A stretch of DNA of 57,765 nucleotides from Gemmatimonadales bacterium (GTDB taxonomy: Bacteria > Gemmatimonadota > Gemmatimonadetes > Gemmatimonadales > GWC2-71-9), in NCBI GenBank assembly GCA_039794085.1, contig JBDIWC010000025.1, forward strand, positions 1 through 57,765. The letters are read 5' to 3'. The translations under genes and the position numbers were made by a program. Positions within the stretch are counted from its first letter, which is position 1, and each line of letters opens with the position of its first letter. Below the pieces are notes generated by a model. That model was not told the origin of the DNA and did no database searches. It saw only the letters and a list, made by a program, of their open reading frames with translations. Of the stretch, positions 9,567 through 17,418 are shown one piece after another.

Positions 9567-10703
9567 TCATCCTGCGGGCCGTATCTCCAATCCCGCCCCC
9601 TCGAACTGCCCCATCACACCCCAACCTCCGAATCCATCCACCACGACCACAGTCAACTCGTTGTCACCGGCCCGGAGCGGGAGGTAAAGCGAAGCCTGGT
9701 CGAGCCCGATCAACCCCTCGCGGCGGGGCTGGTCAAAACTGTATCGTGCGTCGCCGGTGAAGAGGAGATTTCCATTGAGGTAGACACTGGCCTCGTCGCT
9801 GAATCCGAGGTTGAATCGGTACACTCCGGCACTCGCGGCCTTCACGATGACCCGCGCCACGACACCGACCCTTCGATTCCCCTCGGGCATCGGCACGTGC
9901 CGGTGGAGCAGGACGAACCCCTTGCCGGGCTCCACCGGGACCGGCCGGAAACCGTCAGCGATGGTCTCCGGGGGGATCGGCTGGCGAGAGCCGGAGTCGG
10001 GCACGAAGGCACGACCTACTCCCCACATCGTGATGGATCCCGGGCGCAGCGCCGGCACGGTGACCGGGGGGAAGCGATACCGAATGTCGCCGGGGCGTAT
10101 CACCAGATTGGCGAAGTGTGCCCCGTACACATCCTGAGGAATCGGGGCGGGGATGAAGCTGCGCAGGGCCAGGTATCCCGGAGCGGGGTCCCGGGCCAGC
10201 CGCGGCACCACCAGGACCGGGGTCACGGTGTCTCCCACAAAGAACGCGGCCTGACGGCCCTGCAGCACCAGGCGGACTCGGATCCAGGTGCTGCCGGGCA
10301 AGTGAGCCGGTACGGCACCGCCCGGTCCGTGGTAGAACTGCCAGGCACTGGCGCCCTGGAAACCGGGAGCGTACTGGATGGCATCCGGCAGAGTACTCTT
10401 GTGGGGCCGGAGGTACACCTCCTCGAACTCGTCCTCCGACTGCATCCGGAATTTCAGATAGACAAAGGAACGTTGGGTGGGAAACCGGACATCCACGTCG
10501 ATGGTGCCATCCTCCATGCGGATCTCTGGAAGGACCGCCTCGCCCGAGACCAGCTCGAGCCCCGCTCGGCCGGCGAACGGGACGATGCGCGAGCCCTCGC
10601 CGGACAATCGCCAGCGGTCATCGAAAGGGGTGGCTTCCTGGCGGGCCGCGAGGGGAGAGTACCACAGAAAAGAAGCGGCCGTCAGCAGCGCGAAGCGGGA
10701 CAT
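9567..10703 (-). CDS. Secreted hypothetical protein (DUF1080/ConA-like beta-sandwich)
   Basis: Signal peptide; DGTIDVDV, FEEVYLRPH and WIRVRLVL patterns; divergent from the AraC gene. Confidence 0.6.
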   Translation of the reverse strand: MSRFALLTAASFLWYSPLAARQEATPFDDRWRLSGEGSRIVPFAGRAGLELVSGEAVLPEIRMEDGTIDVDVRFPTQRSFVYLKFRMQSEDEFEEVYLRPHKSTLPDAIQYAPGFQGASAWQFYHGPGGAVPAHLPGSTWIRVRLVLQGRQAAFFVGDTVTPVLVVPRLARDPAPGYLALRSFIPAPIPQDVYGAHFANLVIRPGDIRYRFPPVTVPALRPGSITMWGVGRAFVPDSGSRQPIPPETIADGFRPVPVEPGKGFVLLHRHVPMPEGNRRVGVVARVIVKAASAGVYRFNLGFSDEASVYLNGNLLFTGDARYSFDQPRREGLIGLDQASLYLPLRAGDNELTVVVVDGFGGWGVMGQFEGAGLEIRPAG

Positions 10704-10795
10704 CGATCCACTCCCTGTGGGGGTTGGATCGAAGGTAGGAACCGGGCCGGGGGGGGTGAAGGGCGGAATCGACGCGGTTCTGGTACTTTTCGACG

Positions 10796-11650
10796 ATGAC
10801 TGACCGGGTGGACTTTCATCGCACCAAGTACGGTCGCGAGCTGCTGGTGGACGCCGCCAAGGTATCGAGCATGCCCACCTTTCTCCGCGACGGCCGTCCC
10901 CACACTCTCTCGTTTCACGACATCCTCATCGTGACCCGCGGTCGGGGCCGTTACTGGCTCGACGGGGCCACTCACCCGGTCCGTCGGGGGGCCGTGTTCT
11001 TCACGCTTCCGGGACAGGTCCGGCAATGGGAAGTCGAAGGACTCGATGGTGCCTGCCTGTTTTTCACCGCGGAGTTCATTGAGGACTTCTTCCGGGACGA
11101 CCGGTTCCTTCGCGACCTCGCTTTTTTCCGCGCGGCTCGTCCCAGCTCGGAACTGCTCTTGACGCGCGGCCGACTCCGCGGCGCACTACGCCGGTTCGGT
11201 GCCATGGAGGAGGAAATCCGGAACCGGCGGGCGGGGGTCGAGCATCTGCTGCGGGCCATTCTCTACGAGCAGCTGGTGTCCCTGCAGCGCGACTACGTCG
11301 AGCGCTGGGGAGAGCCGAGTACCCCGTCAGTGCACCCCCAGGTGGAGCGCTTTCTCGCGCTGGTGGAGCGCCGGTATCGCCAGGATCACCGGCTCCGTGG
11401 CTATGCCCGGGAGCTCGGTGTTACTCCGGGGCATCTCCGGCATCTCTGCCGCCACCACCTCGGCCTGTCTGCGGGTGAGGTGATACGTCGGCGTCTGGCG
11501 GTCGAGGCCCGCTGTCTCCTGCGACACTCCTCGGCCACGGTGGCCGAGATCGGGCGCGAGCTTGGCTTTGTGGATCCTGCCTACTTCGCACGGTTCGTGG
11601 GGAGAGAAACCGGCAAGACACCCTCTGCGCTGCGCGCGGCGAAGCACTGA
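10796..11650 (+). CDS. AraC-family transcriptional regulator
   Basis: N-terminal cupin sensor (PHTLSFH); C-terminal ELGFVDPAYFARF…TGKTP HTH. Confidence 0.92.
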   Translation: MTDRVDFHRTKYGRELLVDAAKVSSMPTFLRDGRPHTLSFHDILIVTRGRGRYWLDGATHPVRRGAVFFTLPGQVRQWEVEGLDGACLFFTAEFIEDFFRDDRFLRDLAFFRAARPSSELLLTRGRLRGALRRFGAMEEEIRNRRAGVEHLLRAILYEQLVSLQRDYVERWGEPSTPSVHPQVERFLALVERRYRQDHRLRGYARELGVTPGHLRHLCRHHLGLSAGEVIRRRLAVEARCLLRHSSATVAEIGRELGFVDPAYFARFVGRETGKTPSALRAAKH

Positions 11651-11701
11651 AGAGTTCCGGTGTGACGCGCGGAATGGCTCCCACGGCGCGAAGGAAGCAA
11701 C

Positions 11702-13006
11702 TCACTCGAGCGGGTTCGCGGCCCGCCGCGTGAGCATTCCGAACAGATCGGGATCCGCCCGCACCCGATCGTCGTCGATCCACTCCGCCTTCACCATCGC
11801 CCCCGCCTCGGCGAGCATCCGCACCACCGCCCGGTACGCCTCCTGGTCGTTCCTCCCCTCGACGAGCCAGGCATGGAGAGCCCACACGAGCGGCGTGGTT
11901 CCATGGACGTCATCGGTGACGTTCACCGGCGCCCCACGGCGTATCAGCAATTCGACGATCGTCACACGGCCCTCGTACGCTGCGAGGTGGAGCGCGGTGC
12001 GACTCTCTCCGTGGCCGCGGACCTTCCATGCCGGATCGAACCCACGATCGAGAAGAAAGCCCACGACCTCGGTACGCCCGTACCAGACGGCCATCATCAG
12101 CGCTTCGCCGACCTCTTGCCGCCACGCTGGGTCGGCCAGGCTGCGGGGTTCGTCGACGTACCGCTCGACGAGGTCGAGGCGCCCGATTCCCGCCGCCTCC
12201 TCCAGGCCGAGGGGGACGCCCCGGCGTGCCAGGTACTCCGCGGCCTCCGGGCAGCCGTTCATGAGGCAGGACCGAACGCTTCCGGGGGCGATGCGGGCGC
12301 CGCGCTCGAGCAGGAGATCGGCCAGGTCGTTCTGCACCCCGACTCGGCGCGGGTGCGCGCTGGTCATCGCGAGGTCGAGCGTCGTCGCCCCTCCGCCGTA
12401 CATGTCGGCCTCGGCGTTCACCTCCGCGCCGGCGTCGAGCAGGAGACGGGCGATCTCGACGATGTTCGGCGGCGTCTCCTGACGGTAGTTCTCCACTCCG
12501 TTCGCGGCGACGTAGTGCAACAGGGTGGCGCGATGCTGCCGGGGGGAACGGGCGTGGACGAGGTCAGGGTTCTCTTCAAGGAGTCGTTCGAGGGTGGCGC
12601 GGTCGCCGGCGATGATCGCATCGGCCGCCTCCTCGAAAGCGGAGACGGGCGTCGGGGAGCCGCCGAGCGCCTCGAGATGATGGGCCAGCCGGGGCCAGCT
12701 CTCGAATCCGTGCGCCCGCGCGATGACGAATTGCGCCTGTGCAAGCGCGCCTTCGGTGGCAGTGAGCCGCTCGCGGGCGAAACCGGCGACCTGATCGGCG
12801 TATCGTTCGGCGTCGCGCAGGTGGTGCACCCGGTCGCCCTCAGGCTGGAGCTCGAGCAGATCGCGAACCCAGGTCACGGCCCAGGCACGAATGGCCGCGG
12901 GGTCCTCGGAACGGCACGCCTTGACGAGGTCCTTGGCCCGCTTCCGATACTGGTGAAGATCGGGGTGGGGTGGAAGCGGAAGGACGTCCTGTGGGTTGGG
13001 ATACAG
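11702..13006 (-). CDS. Ankyrin-repeat protein with N-terminal LP…YRKRAKDL domain; probable CTG start
   Basis: Ankyrin repeats (TLLHYVA, TALHLAA, TPLVWAL); frame stays open 43 codons above GTG 12877 (LYPNPQDVLPLPPHPDLHQYRKRAKDLVK); GAGGAG lies 6 nt before CTG 13006, with an in-frame TGA just upstream. Confidence 0.8.
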   Translation of the reverse strand: MYPNPQDVLPLPPHPDLHQYRKRAKDLVKACRSEDPAAIRAWAVTWVRDLLELQPEGDRVHHLRDAERYADQVAGFARERLTATEGALAQAQFVIARAHGFESWPRLAHHLEALGGSPTPVSAFEEAADAIIAGDRATLERLLEENPDLVHARSPRQHRATLLHYVAANGVENYRQETPPNIVEIARLLLDAGAEVNAEADMYGGGATTLDLAMTSAHPRRVGVQNDLADLLLERGARIAPGSVRSCLMNGCPEAAEYLARRGVPLGLEEAAGIGRLDLVERYVDEPRSLADPAWRQEVGEALMMAVWYGRTEVVGFLLDRGFDPAWKVRGHGESRTALHLAAYEGRVTIVELLIRRGAPVNVTDDVHGTTPLVWALHAWLVEGRNDQEAYRAVVRMLAEAGAMVKAEWIDDDRVRADPDLFGMLTRRAANPLE

Positions 13007-13020
13007 ACGAATCTCCTCTC

Positions 13021-13126
13021 ATGGCGCCTGGAGTCCGCACTGATCAGGCTGAAAGAAGGTTCGGGATGTGGACCGCAACGGTGGGTGGGCACGGCCCTTT
13101 CCGCGGACTGGATGCGCCCCTCGCGC
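13021..13126 (-). ncRNA. Candidate structured cis-regulatory 5' leader RNA of the ankyrin gene
   Basis: Outer stem GGCGC-N4-AGUCCGC…GCGGACU-N4-GCGCC encloses hairpins GGGC-CGU-GCCC and ACCG-UUG-CGGU and closes just before the RBS. Confidence 0.55.
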
Positions 13127-13132
13127 AATGGG

Positions 13133-13161
13133 AGTATATCAGGCGCGGGGACGCCGGGCAA
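13133..13161 (-). promoter_or_regulatory. Sigma70-type promoter TTGCCC-N17-TATACT with extended -10 TG
   Basis: Minus strand reads ttgccc ggcgtccccgcgcctga tatact; spacer is exactly 17 nt. Confidence 0.7.
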
Positions 13162-13202
13162 ATGTACACCGGAGGATCGGCCGCCGTTCTCCATGGCCCA
13201 CT

Positions 13203-13946
13203 CTACGGGCGAGGCCAGCCATCCGGATCGTGGGGGTCGAATGGACGTTTCATCGCCACAAGATACGGGTGATCCTTGGCCCAAAATGATGCTTCGACCA
13301 TGCGAGCCACAGGGAGGATGAGGACGCTTTCAGCCCCTGCCTCCAGCAGGCATCCGGCCGAGCTGAGTGCCGTTGCTCCTGTCACCCACGTATCTTCGAT
13401 CAAGACGACGCGCTTTCCTGTAGTCTTCTCCGAGGCCCGGAATGCGGAGGGCTTGTACTCCTTGCGTCCGAGGGTTTCCGTCCTCTTGAACCTCACTGCC
13501 TCCACGAGGGCGTCCGCGAGCGGTCTGACGCGTGCCAGCGCCAACCGGAGTGGCTGGTGTTCGAAATCGACGCCGCGCTTTGAAGGAACTACAGTGATGA
13601 AGGACGGATCGCCACCCAGGGCGCTACGAATCTTCCCCTGGTGTGTCATCGTGTATTCGTATACGAGCGATGCGATGAGAGCGCCGTGCTCCTTCTGAAG
13701 CGTCTTGTAGGTTTGGAGTCTGGTGTACCAGGGACTCGGGTTGATGGCGGCGGTAATCGGCACGACACACTTCTGGAAAACCTCCGGAACCCCGGCATTC
13801 CGGAAGAGCATGTGACACGCGTGGCACATCTCGTACTCGTTCACCGGCCCGAGGCAGCAACGGCAGACAGAGCCGAAGTTATCGAGTTTCGGAACGCTGC
13901 CGAGGATGCCGGCTGCTTGCGCCAGAATTTCTCGGGTTGTCGGCAT
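13203..13946 (-). CDS. Phosphoribosyltransferase-fold protein with N-terminal zinc ribbon (ComF/ShosT-like)
   Basis: CRCC…CHAC; VVPS; PRPP-binding loop VVLIEDTWVTGATA. Confidence 0.8.
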   Translation of the reverse strand: MPTTREILAQAAGILGSVPKLDNFGSVCRCCLGPVNEYEMCHACHMLFRNAGVPEVFQKCVVPITAAINPSPWYTRLQTYKTLQKEHGALIASLVYEYTMTHQGKIRSALGGDPSFITVVPSKRGVDFEHQPLRLALARVRPLADALVEAVRFKRTETLGRKEYKPSAFRASEKTTGKRVVLIEDTWVTGATALSSAGCLLEAGAESVLILPVARMVEASFWAKDHPYLVAMKRPFDPHDPDGWPRP

Positions 13947-13952
13947 CCGGAA

Positions 13953-14888
13953 TCAAACGCCGACGGTGATTGGTCCCCGTAGTGCCACATCAAGGCGTTC
14001 AATCACATCGGCTGCCGATGTGATCTCAACAGCCCTGGTTCCGAACGCCCCCTCGACCACGTACTTCCTGGCCCACTCCCGAGTCCTCACCAGCTCGGAA
14101 TGCAGGAACACGGTACGGCCATGCTGCAGCGCAACACGGGCTTGAATTCGTGCCCCGGATGTGTCTGAGGCCTCAACGACGATGGTCGCGAGTGAGAGTC
14201 CGGACATCACGACGTTCCGCATCGGAAACGTCCACTTGGTCGGAGGTTGGTCCGGTGTGAACTGCGATATCAGCGTGCCTCCGGAAGCGAGGATCTCCTC
14301 CGCGAGGGTTGCATTCTCCGCAGGGTACAGGCGTTTGAGCCCGCTGCCGAGCACCGCACAGGTTACCCCTCCAGCCTGCAGGGTGGCACGGTGAGCTGCC
14401 GTGTCTATCCCAACAGCCAGGCCGGAGAGGATGACAAAGCCATCACTGACGAGTTGTGAAGTGATCTCCGCCGCGATTCCCAGTGCCTTCGGTCCTGCGG
14501 CACGCGCACCGACGATGGACACAGACCGTGTCCCCAAGGCAGCAGGCAACACGCCCCGGATGAAGAGGAGCGGTGGGCGGTTGAAGACGTCGTGAAGTGG
14601 CTCGGGGTATCCACTATCCAGCACCGTCACCGGTTCCAGTCCCTGCGCACGCCAGACGGCGAGATCCTCTCTGGCCCGTCGCAGGTCCTCCGCTGTCACG
14701 GCGCCTATGAACTGATGTACGGGATTTGGCCAGGCAAATAACCGATCCTCCTCGCCAAGTTCGACCAGACGCAACGCCGAACCAGTATGGCCGATCAGTG
14801 CCCCGAGGTGATCCTGGGGAACAACCCGTGCACGCTGGAGCGCCAAGGTGGCCGCAGTCTCGTCAAGTGGAAAGTCGGCCGCTACCAT
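13953..14888 (-). CDS. DprA/Smf Rossmann-fold protein without the C-terminal winged helix
   Basis: YPEPL…PPLLFIRG, SIVGAR, ILSGLAVGIDTAAH, FPMRN, VVEA…SG motifs; GGAGGA before ATG 14888. Confidence 0.88.
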   Translation of the reverse strand: MVAADFPLDETAATLALQRARVVPQDHLGALIGHTGSALRLVELGEEDRLFAWPNPVHQFIGAVTAEDLRRAREDLAVWRAQGLEPVTVLDSGYPEPLHDVFNRPPLLFIRGVLPAALGTRSVSIVGARAAGPKALGIAAEITSQLVSDGFVILSGLAVGIDTAAHRATLQAGGVTCAVLGSGLKRLYPAENATLAEEILASGGTLISQFTPDQPPTKWTFPMRNVVMSGLSLATIVVEASDTSGARIQARVALQHGRTVFLHSELVRTREWARKYVVEGAFGTRAVEITSAADVIERLDVALRGPITVGV

Positions 14889-15040
14889 CGTTCCTCCGTG
14901 CTGGCGACTCGGGTGGCCCTGTCCATGGGAGTATGAAGCAATACGCCCGAATATATACCGAAATAGCTGTTTCCGAAAGCTCCTACCTTCTACCCCAACC
15001 CGAAACATACGGGGACTCCTTGGCCCCATCTACTCCCCTC

Positions 15041-15481
15041 TCACCACCTCGCCGCCAGCCCCTGCAACGTCGCCGAGGCCGTGATCTCGTCATGGGGCAC
15101 CAGGAGGTAGGTCCACGGCTTCTCGCCGTATCCCGCCGCAAACACGCTCGCATGCCCGCACCACTTTACCTCCTGGAGCAGGATGTTGAACGCCTCCAGG
15201 ATGTTCCGCACCTCCTGCTCCTGGTACTGCTTGCTGGGCGGGAGAGACTTCCCCTCGACGACCCGCTCAATCTCCTCCTCGGAGAGGGTGTTGCCCTCGA
15301 TGGCGGTCGTGGCTTGAGCCCCCTTGGTCAGGGACACCAGCAGCAGGCGGCGATGGTACTCCGGCAGGAGGGGGGCGTTGGCGATCGCCTGGACGATGGC
15401 GTCGCACTGGCCCAGTTCGTAGTGTGTTTTTGAGCTGAGGTTCCAGTGCCTGCTGAATAGGAGGTGATCGTATGTGCTCAA
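15041..15481 (-). pseudogene. Chimeric remnant: Fic-family N-terminus fused to a type III restriction (Res) C-terminal tail
   Basis: ATTAIEGNTLSEEE is typical of Fic N-termini but no HPFxDGNGR motif follows; tail WCGHAS…KPWTYLLVPHD resembles, from memory, type III Res C-termini. Confidence 0.6.
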
Positions 15482-15736
15482 GACACCACACCGGACAGTT
15501 GGAGAGACAAATAATATGGCATATTTGTCCGTGACGTCGTAAACAACAGCGTTACTGATGGATAACAGGCAGTATTCTCCTAATTATCGGGACAAGAAAT
15601 CGGAGATTTGCCTGGACACTGCCCCTTCCGTCAAATTTCCGGACCTTCCACTGTGCAGTAGGTCCTCGCAAGGAGGTATACGGCGGCCTTGGCTTCATGC
15701 ATTGGTGACGCCCTCCCGCTGGCGGTGACGCATTGC

Positions 15737-15765
15737 TTGACATCCCACCCACAAAGTACTAGCCT
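15737..15765 (+). promoter_or_regulatory. Sigma70-type promoter TTGACA-N17-TAGCCT
   Basis: Consensus -35 and a 17-nt spacer in AT-rich DNA upstream of 15849. Confidence 0.5.
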
Positions 15766-15848
15766 TGCTTAAATCAGATAGCTCAGAAGTAGTGTATACT
15801 TGGTTGACCTCAGGCAATAACAAATCATAATCCAACGGGAGGTTTCAG

Positions 15849-16076
15849 ATGACCGCCAAGAAGCTGATCCTGATCTTGACTCTCGCCATCCCCGCACTCA
15901 TGACTGGAACTCCGGGGTTCGCCCGGGAGGCGGCTCCATGCATCGGATGCAGCAATGAGGATTGTGGCAGCGGTGGGAGCGCCTGCTCCTGCTGGTCGGA
16001 TGTCGGCAACATGTGCACGCGAAAAGGAGTGACTTTCCACAACCAGACCTGTGTCGCAAACACAGACGAAGGTTAG
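15849..16076 (+). CDS. Small secreted Cys-rich peptide (7 Cys)
   Basis: GGAGGT RBS; signal peptide MTAKKLILILTLAIPALMTGTPGFA; mature part CIGCSNEDC…CSC…C…C. Confidence 0.7.
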   Translation: MTAKKLILILTLAIPALMTGTPGFAREAAPCIGCSNEDCGSGGSACSCWSDVGNMCTRKGVTFHNQTCVANTDEG

Positions 16077-16088
16077 GGGGATGGACTG

Positions 16089-17267
16089 ATGTCGGCCAGG
16101 GGCAGGGGGGCTGTCCTGAGTCTCACCATCGTGCTCCTCTTCAGGATCGGCCTTGTCGGGGCCCAGGAGATCGAGTGGCCGACACGCAACGGCCTGGTCC
16201 CCTCCCTGACACGCATCATCGTCTCGGGCGCGCCCGCACTTCGGGTCGGTACCGCTGCCGGCCCGGAGTATTCGCTCTTCAACGGTGTGGCTGGTGCGGC
16301 ACGTCTCCCCGACGGGACCCTTGTCGTGGGGGATGCGGGGAACCACCGCGTGGTGTTTTTCGATCCCACGGGCCGGTGGCTGCGATCGGTCGGTCGGAAA
16401 GGGGACGGTCCGGGGGAGTTCCGCCAACCCCGCTGGCTGGGGCGGTGCGGCCCCGACCGGCTTGGTTTCCAGGACGGGGTGCATGGAAGGTTGAGTCTCT
16501 TCACCGTTCGCGGGGACTTCGTCGGGACGAATGCCCTTCCTCTTGACCTCAACTTCGACCGGGTCCTCTGGTGTTCCCCTGCGGGCGACCGCCTTCTGAT
16601 CCTGATGAATCAGCCCCATGGGCCGGTGCACCGAGGAACATACCTTGGGAGTCCTGTGGCGCTGCTTCGCACGAGTGGTACTGCTGTGGACACTGTGTTC
16701 AGAGCTGGAGTACGTGATTTCTATTTTGGGAAAGCAGTGAGCTTCGGGACCCACGTCCCCCTGGGCAGAGATGTCCACGCGGCGGCAGGATCGCGCACGC
16801 TCTACGTCTGTCCCAACAGCGATGGACGTTGTCACGTTTTCGACACCGCAGGGAGCCGTGTCCGAGAGTTCAGTCTCAACCTGAAGGGTCGCCGGGTTCG
16901 CTCCCCGGACTGGCAGGCAGCGTTGCGGCAGCACTTTGACGGCGAGCCGAGCCGCCGCTATCGAGTCGGCGCCCAGCGGCTGTGGCAGGAAATCACTCCG
17001 AGGACGGAGTTCCCCCTTTTCGACCAACTCCGGGCCGATCAGGCGGACAACCTGTGGGTGCGCACCTACGACGGGTACACCACGGAATACTCGACATGGC
17101 TCGTCCTCTCCCCAGAAGGAGTCGAGCGTGCGATCGTGGCGATTCCACGGCCGCTCTTCGTTCTGGAGATCGGCCGGGACCATATCCTGGGCCTCGCGCG
17201 GGATGAGGATGGTGTGGAGCGGGTGGAGTTGTACCGGGTGCCCGAACTCCGGGCTCTCGTGCGCTGA
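16089..17267 (+). CDS. 6-bladed beta-propeller protein
   Basis: Signal peptide; VGRKGDGPGEF; DQADNLWV; RDEDGVERVELY C-terminus. Confidence 0.78.
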   Translation: MSARGRGAVLSLTIVLLFRIGLVGAQEIEWPTRNGLVPSLTRIIVSGAPALRVGTAAGPEYSLFNGVAGAARLPDGTLVVGDAGNHRVVFFDPTGRWLRSVGRKGDGPGEFRQPRWLGRCGPDRLGFQDGVHGRLSLFTVRGDFVGTNALPLDLNFDRVLWCSPAGDRLLILMNQPHGPVHRGTYLGSPVALLRTSGTAVDTVFRAGVRDFYFGKAVSFGTHVPLGRDVHAAAGSRTLYVCPNSDGRCHVFDTAGSRVREFSLNLKGRRVRSPDWQAALRQHFDGEPSRRYRVGAQRLWQEITPRTEFPLFDQLRADQADNLWVRTYDGYTTEYSTWLVLSPEGVERAIVAIPRPLFVLEIGRDHILGLARDEDGVERVELYRVPELRALVR

Positions 17268-17363
17268 CCTACCGGACCTCCGCTTGCTCGGGCGAAGTCA
17301 TCAACGCATGTCCCGACACCTGCCCAGCACCGCATCATCACGGAATGGTGGGCAGGCAGGCAG

Positions 17364-17390
17364 TGGATTCCCGTGTCCGCGGGAATGATG
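17364..17390. repeat. REP-like palindrome TGGATTCCC-N8-GGGAATGA
   Basis: Similar copies at 19116, 34848 and 57326. Confidence 0.75.
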
Positions 17391-17418
17391 CCCCGGGGGA
17401 GGGATCCGAGGAGCACCG

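Noticed and set aside
13021..13126. Leader considered as a tRNA or integration site
   Set aside because: No T-loop GTTCRA, D-loop or CCA end; stem lengths do not fit a cloverleaf
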